DNA of 64,000 bases, taken from NCBI GenBank assembly GCA_043817235.1, contig JBDRHA010000011.1, forward strand, positions 35,223 through 99,222, given 5' to 3'. Positions 1 to 10,128 of this stretch are shown one piece after another; position 1 is the stretch's first letter, and every line of letters starts with the position of its first letter. The notes beneath the pieces were generated by a model that had not been told where the DNA came from, searched no databases, and worked only from the letters and a program-made list of their open reading frames with translations. The position numbers and the translations under genes are program-made. The DNA is from Candidatus Shapirobacteria bacterium (lineage in GTDB: Bacteria; Patescibacteriota; Microgenomatia; UBA12405; BS750m-G30).

Positions 1-1305
1 GGCGATTCTCAAAATCATAAAGAAATCTCCCACTTTCCAATTCTTTTTTTTAATTAAGTCAAGTGTTTTTTTCTGAAGGATTTCAGTTTTTTCTAAAGCA
101 TATTTTTCTAAAATAATTTTCATATTTTTAAGCATTTCTTTAGCCATCTCTTGCTCTACTTTTTTGATCATCAGCTCTTTTCGCCAGTCAGGATAACTCC
201 AGACAAATTCTAATAAATCCGAAGCTTCGGATAATATTTTTATTCTTTCTTTAACTAGAGGAGAGGCAGCTTGGATCTGTTTTCTGCTCATCTTTGGTAA
301 AAAGGGCCTAAGTAAAGAAGCAAGACCTTGGTTTGTTTTCGATCTAAGATAAACACCGTTTATCCATTCTAGTTTATCAAGATCAAAAGTCGGTGAGACC
401 GGCGAGACATCTTTCAGATCAAAATATTTAATAAATTCTTTTAAAGGAAATATCTCTTTTTCTTTTGGGTGAGACCAACCTAATTGACCTAAATAATTTA
501 AGATCGCCTCAGGCAAAAATCCTTTTTCCCGATAGTAGCTCAAGCTGGCATGATTTTTTCTCTTGCTCAGTTTTCCGCCTGCCGGATCAAGTAAAACCGG
601 AGTATGCAAAAATTGAGGCATTTTCCACTTCAAATAGCGATAAAGTAAAATATGTTTCGGAAAAGAAGGCAGCCATTCATGCCCTCGCACCACATGAGTG
701 ATTTTCATTAAGTGATCGTCCACTAGCGCCGCCAGGTGATAAGTCGGAAAACCATTAGATTTAAGAATAATTTGATCATCGATAAAACGACTGTCAAACT
801 TAATTTTTCCCCTAATTAAATCCTGGCCCATAATTATTTCGTTCTCCGGAATTTTCATCCGCACTACCGCTTTTTCCCCTTTTTTTAATCTCTCCTGAGC
901 CAGTTGGGAATCAAGACCCCGACAATGACGGTCGTACATTGATGGCTTTCCCTTCTTTTGACAACCTTTTCTGATTTTTTCCAGCCTATCTTCAGAACAA
1001 AAGCAATAATAGGCTTTTTTTTGACTGATTAATTTTTGAGCATATTTTTGGTAAATCTCCAGCCTCTCTGATTGCCGATAAGGACCCTCATCAGGGTTTA
1101 AGCCTATCCAGGTCAGTCCCCGGTACAACTGATTTTCGGCATTTTTTACCAAACGTTTTTGATCCGTGTCTTCCAGTCTTAAAATAAAAGATCCTTTGTT
1201 TTTCTTAGCATAAGCAAAGTTCAGCAAGGCGCTATAAATTCCTCCAATATGAATAAATCCGGTGGGAGAGGGAGCAAAACGCGTTCGAATAACTTTATTT
1301 TTCAT
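1..1305 (-). CDS. gltX: glutamyl-tRNA synthetase (partial; C-terminus runs off the left window edge)
   Basis: Minus-strand translation from ATG at 1305-1303 gives MKNKVIRTRFAPSPTGFIHIGG...RLEDTDQKR...HVVRGHEWL...GGKLSKRK (class I GluRS HIGH and KMSKS-type motifs). The frame stays open to position 1. It is absent from the ORF track because it is truncated. Confidence 0.85.
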   Translation of the reverse strand, partial: MKNKVIRTRFAPSPTGFIHIGGIYSALLNFAYAKKNKGSFILRLEDTDQKRLVKNAENQLYRGLTWIGLNPDEGPYRQSERLEIYQKYAQKLISQKKAYYCFCSEDRLEKIRKGCQKKGKPSMYDRHCRGLDSQLAQERLKKGEKAVVRMKIPENEIIMGQDLIRGKIKFDSRFIDDQIILKSNGFPTYHLAALVDDHLMKITHVVRGHEWLPSFPKHILLYRYLKWKMPQFLHTPVLLDPAGGKLSKRKNHASLSYYREKGFLPEAILNYLGQLGWSHPKEKEIFPLKEFIKYFDLKDVSPVSPTFDLDKLEWINGVYLRSKTNQGLASLLRPFLPKMSRKQIQAASPLVKERIKILSEASDLLEFVWSYPDWRKELMIKKVEQEMAKEMLKNMKIILEKYALEKTEILQKKTLDLIKKKNWKVGDFFMILRIA

Positions 1306-1344
1306 CAATTGAATTCTAACACACTCACTTGCTATACTAAAAAA

Positions 1345-2397
1345 ATGGCTAATCTTACCCGTTCTGCTTTTATCACCCGCCAAAGCGTAAAGTACGGTTT
1401 ATTTGCCATTGCCACTATTGTCTTTCTTCGAACCGGCTGGAGCATGTTTCAGGCTTACTGGAAAGCCAAACACCCTGCTCCGCCACCGCCCCCTACAGTC
1501 GCCTTTGGCCAGCTTCCCAAACTTGATTTTGGGGAAACTAAACCCAGGCCAAATAAAGAATTTATTTTGGAAACGATTGAAGGCGGACTACCTCAACTTA
1601 ATGCTCAAGCTCCAGTTTTCTTTATCCCGGCCTTACAAAGCAAGTTTTTAGCCTTGGAGAACACAAACAAGATTGCTCAAAACCTAGGCTTTAGCCCCAA
1701 TCCGGAAAAAATAAGCAATGATCTTTACCGTTATTACAACCAAAAGGTGAACATTACCTTAAAAATAAACGCTTTAACCAAAACTTTTATTTACAGTTAT
1801 CCTTATCTGCAAGATCAAACCCTAGCTCACCAATTTATTCCTGCTCAAGGAGAGCTGGTAGAGAGAGGGCTTGATTTTTTAGCTTTAATAAGCCAAGTTC
1901 ATCCGGATATTGACGGTGCGGGCGCCAAAATAACACTCTGGAAAATAATAGAGGGAAAAACCGAGCCAGCAGTCTCATTGTCAGAAGCAAATCTGGCTCA
2001 AATTGATTTTTATCGTCAGCCCATAAATGGAGAGTATCCAATTTATCCAAAAAGCCTTGACCAAGCAAACATTTCATTGTTGCTTAGCGGAGATCGAGGG
2101 GCGCATCAAGTCGTGGAAGCTCGCTATACTTATTTTTTTGTTGATTTAGAGAAGAAAGCAACTTATCCCCTTAAGCCTCCGGCCGAAGCCTGGCAGGAAA
2201 TTTTGGATGGGGATTATCATCTAGCTAAATTTGACCAAGGAGTAGAAAGTAAAACAATTCCAGTAAGAAGAATTTATCTTGCCTATTTTGATCCTCATTA
2301 TCCGACTAATTTTTTGCAGCCTATCTATGTTTTTGAGGGCGATTATAGTTTTACTGCTTTTGTGCCCGCGATCTCCAACGAATGGGTTGCCGAATGA
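1345..2397 (+). CDS. hypothetical membrane-anchored protein (N-terminal TM helix, Pro-rich linker)
   Basis: ORF-track 1249..2397 trimmed to ATG 1345 (MANLTRSAF...), because upstream codons overlap the gltX start. No recognisable family. Confidence 0.5.
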   Translation: MANLTRSAFITRQSVKYGLFAIATIVFLRTGWSMFQAYWKAKHPAPPPPPTVAFGQLPKLDFGETKPRPNKEFILETIEGGLPQLNAQAPVFFIPALQSKFLALENTNKIAQNLGFSPNPEKISNDLYRYYNQKVNITLKINALTKTFIYSYPYLQDQTLAHQFIPAQGELVERGLDFLALISQVHPDIDGAGAKITLWKIIEGKTEPAVSLSEANLAQIDFYRQPINGEYPIYPKSLDQANISLLLSGDRGAHQVVEARYTYFFVDLEKKATYPLKPPAEAWQEILDGDYHLAKFDQGVESKTIPVRRIYLAYFDPHYPTNFLQPIYVFEGDYSFTAFVPAISNEWVAE

Positions 2398-3245
2398 TCT
2401 TTCCAAGATATACTTTCCTTTGCCCAATTTAGAAGAGTAAGAGTTTCGCCAAATCGGTCATTGCTTCCCAGGACAACGGTTAAAACCGGATGGGCTTGGC
2501 CGGACTCTTCAATCTCAAATAATCCCACAAAACATTCTCCTGCTTGCTCGGTCCAGCCTGTTTTTAAACCCCGAATTTCGCCACTTTGACCTAAAAGTTC
2601 ATTCGTAGTTTGCAAATAATGCCGATGAGAGCCGCTAATATCGCTAACCACTTTTTCCTCCAAATCAACAATTTGGGCCAATAGGGGGTTTTGCAAAAAT
2701 ATTCTAGCTAGTTTCGCCAAATCCGCAGCCGTAGAATAATGGTTTTCATCTTCCTCGCCGTCAAAATTCGCAAAATGGGTTCTTTCTAAGCCTTTCTCTT
2801 TAACCCATAGATTCATCTTTTCTACAAAAGCCGACACTCCCCCCGAATAGTTACTGGCCAAATTATAAGCCGCATCATTGGCTGAGTGAACGAGCAAACC
2901 AAAAAGCAGATCAATAACCTTTATTCTTTCACCCCGAAGCAGACCCATATGTCTGCCAACCCAGTATCGTTCTTTTACTTCAAGAACTTTATCCAAATCA
3001 TAATAATCTAAAGCCACTAAAGCTGTGGCAATTTTCGTCAAAGAAGCCGGGGCAAAAGCAATGTTTGGATCTTTAGCCGTTAATACTTGGCCGCTTTGCA
3101 AATCCAAAACCATCCAGGAACGAGCTGTCAAATTATCATTAAATTTTTTTTGAAGCACAGCTTCTTGTTGAGGAATAAAGCCAACCCAGTTTTTTTGACC
3201 ACCAATAGAAAACAAACCAAGAAAAAGCAATAATAAACTTTTCAC
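2343..3245 (-). CDS. D-alanyl-D-alanine carboxypeptidase (peptidase S11, PBP5-like)
   Basis: Signal peptide followed by the SxxK (ASLTK), SxN (HSAND) and KTG (KTGWT) active-site triad of serine DD-peptidases. Confidence 0.75.
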   Translation of the reverse strand: MKSLLLLFLGLFSIGGQKNWVGFIPQQEAVLQKKFNDNLTARSWMVLDLQSGQVLTAKDPNIAFAPASLTKIATALVALDYYDLDKVLEVKERYWVGRHMGLLRGERIKVIDLLFGLLVHSANDAAYNLASNYSGGVSAFVEKMNLWVKEKGLERTHFANFDGEEDENHYSTAADLAKLARIFLQNPLLAQIVDLEEKVVSDISGSHRHYLQTTNELLGQSGEIRGLKTGWTEQAGECFVGLFEIEESGQAHPVLTVVLGSNDRFGETLTLLNWAKESISWKDHSATHSLEIAGTKAVKL

Positions 3246-4651
3246 CTTTTTTGCAAATTAGAATCGACCACCCTTATTGCTAGCTCCGCTAGCTGTTCTT
3301 TGGCTGCCAAGCTGGGCGCATCCATTACCGCTGTTCTTCCTGATGTTGCGCAAGGAAAAGCTATCACTTCGCGCAAACTTGGCTCGCCCAAAATCGCCAT
3401 CAGCAAGCGATCAATACCTGGAGCAATGCCGCCATGGGGCGGAACTCCATACTCAAAGGCTCTAAGCAAATGATTAAATTCTTGTTTTTGTTTAGCGCTA
3501 AAACCAATTAGGTCAAAAATCTTAGATTGAATCTTGGCATCGCTTATCCTAATGCTTCCCCCGCCTACTTCCGCTCCGTTTAAAATCAGGTCATGTTGGA
3601 GACTATGCGCTTCAAGCGGATCTTTGTCCAAAAGAGGGACATCCTCCGGAACAGGACTGGTAAACATATGATGGCAAGGAGCAAAGCCAGCTTTTCCCGA
3701 CCCATGGAAATAATCTTCTTTTGTCTGCTTGACAAAAAGAGGAAAATTAATTATCCAGGCAAATGCCAGCTCGTCTTTATCTTTCTTATTTTTTCTAAGA
3801 TCTGGCTTGTCTGAATGGTATTTCTTCATCGCCAAGTCATAAGAAATCCTAGGCCAGGGAGACTTGTTCATCTTTTTTTTGGGAAAAACTTCTTCAATCA
3901 TTGCCGCAAACAAATTTTCAGTGAGAGCTAAAATATCCTCCTGTTCCACAAAGCTCATTTCAATATCTAGCTGGGTAAATTCGCCGTAGGCTCGATCATG
4001 GCGAGCATCCTCATCCCGAAAACAACGGGCAATTTGAAAATAGCGCTCAACACCGGCTACCATTAAAAGCTGTTTATATTGCTGAGGAGACTGAGGAAGA
4101 GCATAAAAGTTCCCCGGCTGCAAGCGGGAAGGAACAAGAAAATCGCGGGCCCCTTCAGGGGTAGTTTTTGTTAAATTAGGAGTTTCAATTTCACAAAAAT
4201 CTCTAGCCAAAAGCCAGGAGCGGATAAAGTTTACTGCTTTAGATCTTGCCCGAATATTGTAGGCCATTCTTGGCCGACGCAAATCTAAATAACGATATTT
4301 AAGCCGCAGCTTTTCCTCAATTGCCAACCCATCAGTCTTTATAGGAAAAGGAAGTTCTTTGGCTTTGTTTAAAATGGCAAATTTCTTTACTTCCAGCTCT
4401 ACTTTGCCAGTGGCCAAATCCGGATTAACTAGTTTTTCCGGGCGTTTTTTTACTAAACCTACTACTTCCACCACATCTTCTAGGCCTAGCTTTTTTAGCT
4501 TCTCTCCCCCTACGACCTGAATAATGCCACTCCGATCCCGAAGATCAAAAAAAACAATCTTTCCGTGGTCTCTTAAGGAATCTACCCAGCCAAAAAGCTT
4601 TATCTTTTTCCCCACTTTATCTTGCGACTTTAAGTTTAAAGTTCTCTTCAT
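3242..4651 (-). CDS. aspS: aspartyl-tRNA synthetase, short form lacking the bacterial insertion domain
   Basis: Class II aaRS motifs: QSPQQYKQLLM, RCFRDEDARHDR (motif 2), GGGSIRI, PPHGGIAPGIDRL (motif 3), plus an N-terminal OB fold. Confidence 0.75.
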   Translation of the reverse strand: MKRTLNLKSQDKVGKKIKLFGWVDSLRDHGKIVFFDLRDRSGIIQVVGGEKLKKLGLEDVVEVVGLVKKRPEKLVNPDLATGKVELEVKKFAILNKAKELPFPIKTDGLAIEEKLRLKYRYLDLRRPRMAYNIRARSKAVNFIRSWLLARDFCEIETPNLTKTTPEGARDFLVPSRLQPGNFYALPQSPQQYKQLLMVAGVERYFQIARCFRDEDARHDRAYGEFTQLDIEMSFVEQEDILALTENLFAAMIEEVFPKKKMNKSPWPRISYDLAMKKYHSDKPDLRKNKKDKDELAFAWIINFPLFVKQTKEDYFHGSGKAGFAPCHHMFTSPVPEDVPLLDKDPLEAHSLQHDLILNGAEVGGGSIRISDAKIQSKIFDLIGFSAKQKQEFNHLLRAFEYGVPPHGGIAPGIDRLLMAILGEPSLREVIAFPCATSGRTAVMDAPSLAAKEQLAELAIRVVDSNLQKR

Positions 4652-6348
4652 TTAACTATTTTACCACCTTTTTTGGCACAAGGCCGCAAGTCTTTAACCT
4701 TAAGAACTATTTTTACCTTCCCGGTAAAACAATCTTCGCTAAGTGAAGCGGCTAAGTCAACCAGCTCGCCCGCTTTTAGCTCGCCATAATACTTGCCCAA
4801 GTTAAAACCAATTGCCTCAGCCCATATTTTTTCTTCTGGAAGTGTTTGCGGATCATCTAAAGCCATTTTTAAGTGATCAGCGCTGCGGCCTACTTGCCTA
4901 AGCTCAGTTAGCCTCAGGCCCTCAAAAAGAAATAGCGGCTCAGGGTTGCCCAAGCCAAAAGGTGCAAGCTTGATAATCTGCTGATAGTATTCCGGATTCA
5001 CCTGGCTTAAGCTTAATTTCGCTTCCAGCTCAATTTTCGGCTCCAGCCCTTTTTTGGGCAGATGCTCTTTAATAAGTCTTTTAAGTTTCTTCTTCAAAAT
5101 AGGAATATTTTTAGTTTTTATTTCAAATCCGGCGGCTAGAGCATGCCCTCCTAAGCCGACAAATATATTTTCTATCTCTCGCAAGACTTTAATAATATTA
5201 AGTCCCTCAACTGACCGGGCTGAGCCACGGCTGACTTTTTCCTCTTTGCTGATAATTACCGCTGGTCGATAAAACTCGTCTTTTAGCTTGCTAGCAATTA
5301 ATCCGACAATGCCCGGATGAAAGGACGAAGAGGCACTAAAAATAAAACCAGAAGGCTTTTCCTGATCAAGATCCTTTTTAGCTATTTCTATCCCCTTTGC
5401 AGTAAGGCTCTTTCTTTCGCTGTTTATTTCCTCAGCCATTTTGGCAAGCTTGTTCCCCTTAATGGCGGTTTGGCTGCAAAGCAAGCGTAAGCCATCTAGG
5501 GGGTTGGCAATCCGGCCCAAGGCATTTAGCCGGGGAGCAACAAGAAAACCAATTTTATAAATATCTAAGGTTTTGTTATCAATTCCCGCTTCACAAAAGA
5601 GGCGGCGCAAACCCACTCTGCTAGTATTTTCTAAATAAGGAATCCCCTGCTTGATTAAGATTCTGTTTATGCCTCGAACTTCCATCATATCCGCTACCGT
5701 TCCCAAAGCCGCTAAACCTAGGTCCGGCAGTTCCGCTCCCAGCTCTTGCAGTTCTCGGGCCAAAAAATAGGCTACCCCGCTGCCGGAAAGCCCAGTAGCG
5801 TGAATGATGGCCAAGGCCTTAGGTAAAGTTTTTTGGGGCAAGTGATGATCGGTAACAATCACCTCAATTCCTGCTTCCTTAAGCTTTTTTATTTGCTCAT
5901 GCTCAACAATGCCATTGTCAACCGTAATTACTAAGCTCAAATTTGGGAAATTTCTTTTTAGTTTTTTCACTCTGCCGGCCTTAAGACCATAGCCATCATC
6001 TTGGCGACTGGGGATATAGGGGATCGCCTGAGCTCTTGCTTGGTGCAAAGCCTCCCAAACAAGAGCGGTAGCGCAAAAACCGTCAACATCATAGTCCCCA
6101 TAAACCAAAATCGTTTCTTTATCTGCTACTGCTTTTTTAATTCTCTTTAGAGCTTTGACTGTTTCCTTTTTATTAATACCCGCTTTGCTTAGGTCAACTT
6201 GGGAAATATTTACCGGATTGAGAAAAGATTTTACTCCCAGGGCAGTTTTAACTCCCCTGTTCCAAAGAAGAGCCAAAAGTAATTTTTCAGGAGTAAGTTT
6301 CTTTTTTAATACCGGGTTTTTCTTTTTTAACCGCCAAGAGGAATTCAT
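4648..6348 (-). CDS. recJ: single-stranded-DNA-specific exonuclease RecJ
   Basis: DHH family motifs VYGDYDVDGFCATA and VTDHHLP, and a DHHA1-like C-terminus. Confidence 0.85.
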   Translation of the reverse strand: MNSSWRLKKKNPVLKKKLTPEKLLLALLWNRGVKTALGVKSFLNPVNISQVDLSKAGINKKETVKALKRIKKAVADKETILVYGDYDVDGFCATALVWEALHQARAQAIPYIPSRQDDGYGLKAGRVKKLKRNFPNLSLVITVDNGIVEHEQIKKLKEAGIEVIVTDHHLPQKTLPKALAIIHATGLSGSGVAYFLARELQELGAELPDLGLAALGTVADMMEVRGINRILIKQGIPYLENTSRVGLRRLFCEAGIDNKTLDIYKIGFLVAPRLNALGRIANPLDGLRLLCSQTAIKGNKLAKMAEEINSERKSLTAKGIEIAKKDLDQEKPSGFIFSASSSFHPGIVGLIASKLKDEFYRPAVIISKEEKVSRGSARSVEGLNIIKVLREIENIFVGLGGHALAAGFEIKTKNIPILKKKLKRLIKEHLPKKGLEPKIELEAKLSLSQVNPEYYQQIIKLAPFGLGNPEPLFLFEGLRLTELRQVGRSADHLKMALDDPQTLPEEKIWAEAIGFNLGKYYGELKAGELVDLAASLSEDCFTGKVKIVLKVKDLRPCAKKGGKIVK

Positions 6349-6374
6349 GCTAGTATTGTATAATATTAGCGCTT

Positions 6375-7769
6375 ATGATGAAAACAAATATGCCCCGGGC
6401 TATTTTAAAAGCAATCAAAAAATTCCAAAATAAGAATTTTGAAATCTATCTAGTCGGCGGGGCCGTAAGGAATTTTATTTTGGACAAAAAGACTAAAGAT
6501 TGGGATCTAACGACTAATGCCCAGCCGGAAGAAATTCAAAAATTATTCCCCAAAAACAGCTTTTATAAAAATAGATATGGCACCGTTACAGTTGTGGTTA
6601 AAGAAAAAGTTAAAAGAATATTACTAGAAATTACTACTTTTCGGAAAGAGTTTGGCTACTCAGACAAAAGACATCCGGACAAAATAATTTGGGGAAAAAC
6701 CCTAAAAGAAGATTTGGCCCGCAGAGAATTCACAGTTTCCGCTATTGCCCTAGAAATAAAAAACATAAACCTCAAAAGCTTTACTTACGAAAACAAAATC
6801 ATTGATCCTTATTACGGACAAAAAGATCTAAAAGACAAAATTTTAAGAACCGTGGGCAACCCGGAAAAAAGGTTTAGCGAAGATGCTTTAAGAATGATGC
6901 GGGCGGTGCGAATTGCTTCTCAGCTGGGCTTAGTTATTGAGAAAAAAACTTTTGTTTCTATTAAGAAAAGTAAAGAGAAAATTAAAAAGATCGCCTGGGA
7001 AAGAATAAGAGATGAGCTTTTTAAGATTCTTGCCTCTTCTTACCCGGCGGAAGGAATATTAGTACTTTATAATACCGGATTATTGTACTTTATCCTTCCG
7101 GAGCTAATTGCCGGCCGAAATGTTGCTCAAGCTAGGCACCACGTGGATGACGTTTGGAACCATTCGCTCAAGTCTCTGCAATTTTGTCCGGCTAAAGATC
7201 CGATAGTTAGACTAGCCTGCCTCCTTCATGATATAGGAAAACCAGCTACCGCCCAAGGCAAAGGCGAAGAAAGAACTTTTTATAATCATGAGGTAGCCGG
7301 AGAAATATTAGCTAGAAAGATTGCCGGAAGACTAAGACTATCCAGAAAAGATCAAGAAAGACTCTGCCGCCTGATAAGATATCATCAGTTTACCCTAGAC
7401 GAGAAACAAACTGATAAGGCCTTTAGAAGATTTATCAAAAAGGTAAAAAAGGAAAATATTAAAGACATGCTTGATTTAAGAATCGGCGACCGGCTAGGTG
7501 GCGGTGCTAGAGAAACTTCTTGGAGACTAGAGTTATTTAAAAAAAGACTAGCCGAAGTTCAAAAACAGCCTTTTTCCTTAAAATACCTAAAAGTTAACGG
7601 CCAAGACGTGATGAGAGTGCTAAAAATACCCCCCGGGCCCAAGGTGGGAAAAATTCTAAAAGCTCTTTTTAAGGAGATAGAAAATGACAAAGAAAAAAAT
7701 GCCAGAAAATATCTTCTTTCTCAAATCAAAAAAATCTATTCCAGACTACCAGTAAAGGAACAGCGATAA
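6375..7769 (+). CDS. cca: CCA-adding tRNA nucleotidyltransferase with HD domain
   Basis: Pol-beta NTase head (LVGGAVRNFIL...DWDL, RREFTVSA) and an HD domain (LLHDIGKP). Confidence 0.8.
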   Translation: MMKTNMPRAILKAIKKFQNKNFEIYLVGGAVRNFILDKKTKDWDLTTNAQPEEIQKLFPKNSFYKNRYGTVTVVVKEKVKRILLEITTFRKEFGYSDKRHPDKIIWGKTLKEDLARREFTVSAIALEIKNINLKSFTYENKIIDPYYGQKDLKDKILRTVGNPEKRFSEDALRMMRAVRIASQLGLVIEKKTFVSIKKSKEKIKKIAWERIRDELFKILASSYPAEGILVLYNTGLLYFILPELIAGRNVAQARHHVDDVWNHSLKSLQFCPAKDPIVRLACLLHDIGKPATAQGKGEERTFYNHEVAGEILARKIAGRLRLSRKDQERLCRLIRYHQFTLDEKQTDKAFRRFIKKVKKENIKDMLDLRIGDRLGGGARETSWRLELFKKRLAEVQKQPFSLKYLKVNGQDVMRVLKIPPGPKVGKILKALFKEIENDKEKNARKYLLSQIKKIYSRLPVKEQR

Positions 7770-8583
7770 AGGTGGAAGAATAAGTCCCCAGGACAGTGCC
7801 GATAAGCAAGGCTAAGGAAAAATAACGAGTAGACTCGCCGCCCAGTAAAAACAGGGAAAGAAGAACAAAAATAATAGTCATTGAGTTGTTAATAGATCGA
7901 ACTAAAGTTTGATTAATAGCCAAGCTTGCAAGTTGATTAAAACCCGCTTTTGGATAGACCCGGCCAAATTCCCGAATTCCATCAAATACGACCACTGTAT
8001 CGTGAACGGAAAAGGCGAGAATTGTCAGAAAAGCCGTCATAAACAAACTATCCACTTCTATCCGAAAAAAACGACCAAGTAGAGAAAAACTTCCCAGCAA
8101 GATCAGACTATCATGGAGCATGGCTAAAATAGCACAAATACCAAATGCCTTATCATTAAACCGAAAGGAAATATAAATTAAAATTCCCAAAATAGCCAAC
8201 CCAATACTAATCAAAGTCTTAGTTAGCAAGCCATGCCCCAAAGAAGCAGATAATGATTCAAAGCGCAGTTCGGCAAAAGATCCAAATTCATTTTCAATCT
8301 CTTTTTGCCAGGTGCTTTTAAGATCTTTGGCGGCCGGACGGGACTTAATAAGCCAAGTTTGCGAACCGGTTTGATTAACCTCCAAAATATCATCCTTTCC
8401 CTTGACAAAACCGATCCAGTCTTCTTTATTGACCTCCTTCTCAAAACCAATCTCCCAGAGATTTCCTCCCTGAAAATCAACCGAAGGCAACAATCCCCAT
8501 TTCAACAAAGAGAAAGTGCTAATAATAAGCAAAAACCCGGAAAAAGAAAAATACAACCAGCTGTGCTTAATAAATCTAATCAT
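7726..8583 (-). CDS. secF: protein-export membrane protein SecF
   Basis: SecF-like 6-TM RND-type domain, immediately downstream of secD. Confidence 0.8.
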   Translation of the reverse strand: MIRFIKHSWLYFSFSGFLLIISTFSLLKWGLLPSVDFQGGNLWEIGFEKEVNKEDWIGFVKGKDDILEVNQTGSQTWLIKSRPAAKDLKSTWQKEIENEFGSFAELRFESLSASLGHGLLTKTLISIGLAILGILIYISFRFNDKAFGICAILAMLHDSLILLGSFSLLGRFFRIEVDSLFMTAFLTILAFSVHDTVVVFDGIREFGRVYPKAGFNQLASLAINQTLVRSINNSMTIIFVLLSLFLLGGESTRYFSLALLIGTVLGTYSSTFIAVPLLVVWNRFF

Positions 8584-9944
8584 TTTTTTGTATCTATCGG
8601 ATGATAAAAACGCCGCACAATTGTCCGAACCACAATTACTCCGGTGAAAACCTCAACCACCACCCCTAAGCCCAAGGTCAGGGCAAAGCCCCGCACCATT
8701 CCTGAGGTATTTAAAAAGCCCCAGCTAAAAGGGTTAAAGAGTAAAAAGCAAATAATCAAGGTGCAAACATTAGCATCTCTTATTGAATCCCAAGCTCGGC
8801 CAAAGCCCAGCTCCATGGCCAGGATTTTATTTTTTCCGGCCCTTATCTCTTCCTTCATTCTCTCAAAAATTAATATATTAGAATCTACCGCCATTCCCAA
8901 GGAAAGCAAGAATCCCGCAATTCCAGACATGGTCAAGGTTATTGGAATTAACTTATACAAACTCAGGCTTATAAGGGTGTAAATTATTAGTCCTATTACC
9001 GCCAGGAAACCCAAAAATCCATAGAAAAAAATCATAAAAAGGGCAACTAGTCCTACTCCCAGCAAGCCTGCCGTTACTCCTTTGAGGATAGATTCCCTTC
9101 CCAAAGACGGATCAACTTTCTCCTGCAATACTAACTCTATGCTCACTGGCAGAGCGCCAGCGTTCAGCTGGGAAACTAATTGTTTTGCTGCGCTTAGCTC
9201 AAACTCTCCGGAAATTACCGCTTGACCATCTTCTATTGGTTCTTTAATTACTGGGGCAGATAATAAAAACTCATCCAGAAAAATAGCCATTCGTTGGCCT
9301 ACATTGTCCCGAGTTAACTGGCCAAAAAGCCTTTGGCCCTCCTGGTCAAAGGCAAGCCCCACTTGAGGTTTGCCGGTGTTCGGGTCAAAGCGCACCTCAG
9401 CCTTTTTTAAATTTCCTCCGGTCAGCCCGGTTTCTTTTGAAAAAAGATCATAAACAGTAGCGCTTGCTGTTGCCTCAATAGGAAGCTCTTCCTCTAAGCG
9501 AAAATCCAGGCTTGCCGTTTGCCCCAGCAAAGCTATCGCCTGCTCTGGCTCCACTTGGCCGGGAATCTCCACAATTAAATGATGCTCATTTAGGGCCTTA
9601 GCTATCCTCACTGTAGTCTCGCTAATGCCAAAAAGGTTTACCCGGCGCTCAATGTTTTCTCTTAGTGAATTAAGAGCGATTTCCTGATTCTCCTCATCTA
9701 AACCCTCTGTTTGCGCTCGGAAGGCCAAGTGTACGCCTCCGGCCAAATCCAAGCCCTTGCGTAAATAAAGATCTTTTTTAATGCTGATTGGCCCTAAATT
9801 AAAATTTAGGTTGGGCCGGGAAAGAGAAATATTTTTCGTTTTTCCCAATAAAGCTATTTGTTTTTCAAATTTTTCTGGCAAAGCAATAGCGAGGGAAAGA
9901 ATACTTAAAATAAAGATCAGCCAAACAGAAGAACTTCTTTTCAT
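8580..9944 (-). CDS. secD: protein-export membrane protein SecD
   Basis: SecD periplasmic head and C-terminal TM bundle (LDLAGGVHLAF...). Ends with TGA. Confidence 0.85.
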   Translation of the reverse strand: MKRSSSVWLIFILSILSLAIALPEKFEKQIALLGKTKNISLSRPNLNFNLGPISIKKDLYLRKGLDLAGGVHLAFRAQTEGLDEENQEIALNSLRENIERRVNLFGISETTVRIAKALNEHHLIVEIPGQVEPEQAIALLGQTASLDFRLEEELPIEATASATVYDLFSKETGLTGGNLKKAEVRFDPNTGKPQVGLAFDQEGQRLFGQLTRDNVGQRMAIFLDEFLLSAPVIKEPIEDGQAVISGEFELSAAKQLVSQLNAGALPVSIELVLQEKVDPSLGRESILKGVTAGLLGVGLVALFMIFFYGFLGFLAVIGLIIYTLISLSLYKLIPITLTMSGIAGFLLSLGMAVDSNILIFERMKEEIRAGKNKILAMELGFGRAWDSIRDANVCTLIICFLLFNPFSWGFLNTSGMVRGFALTLGLGVVVEVFTGVIVVRTIVRRFYHPIDTKK

Positions 9945-10117
9945 TTAAAGAGAGCAATTTGCTTGGCTTTTTTAATAAACAAGAGCACTAATCGGCTTTT
10001 TCTGGCATTGACTTTAAATTCCACTTCATCTCCAATCTTTATTCCCACCTCTTTTACAAAATCATGAGGAATTGTAACCGCTAGACTATTACCGGTTTTG
10101 ATCACTTTTCTTTTCAT
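9941..10117 (-). CDS. AbrB/MazE/SpoVT-type swapped-hairpin DNA-binding protein
   Basis: MKRKVIKTGNSLAVTIPHDFVKEVGIKIGDEVEF is the classic SpoVT/AbrB fold signature. Start moved to Met6 of the ORF-track call. Overlaps the secD start by 4 nt. Confidence 0.5.
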   Translation of the reverse strand: MKRKVIKTGNSLAVTIPHDFVKEVGIKIGDEVEFKVNARKSRLVLLFIKKAKQIALFK

Positions 10118-10128
10118 GTGCCCAATGA

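Noticed and set aside
1249-1344. N-terminal 32 codons of ORF-track 1249..2397
   Set aside because: They overlap the gltX start codon region on the opposite strand. The downstream ATG 1345 (MANLTRS...) is the more plausible start.
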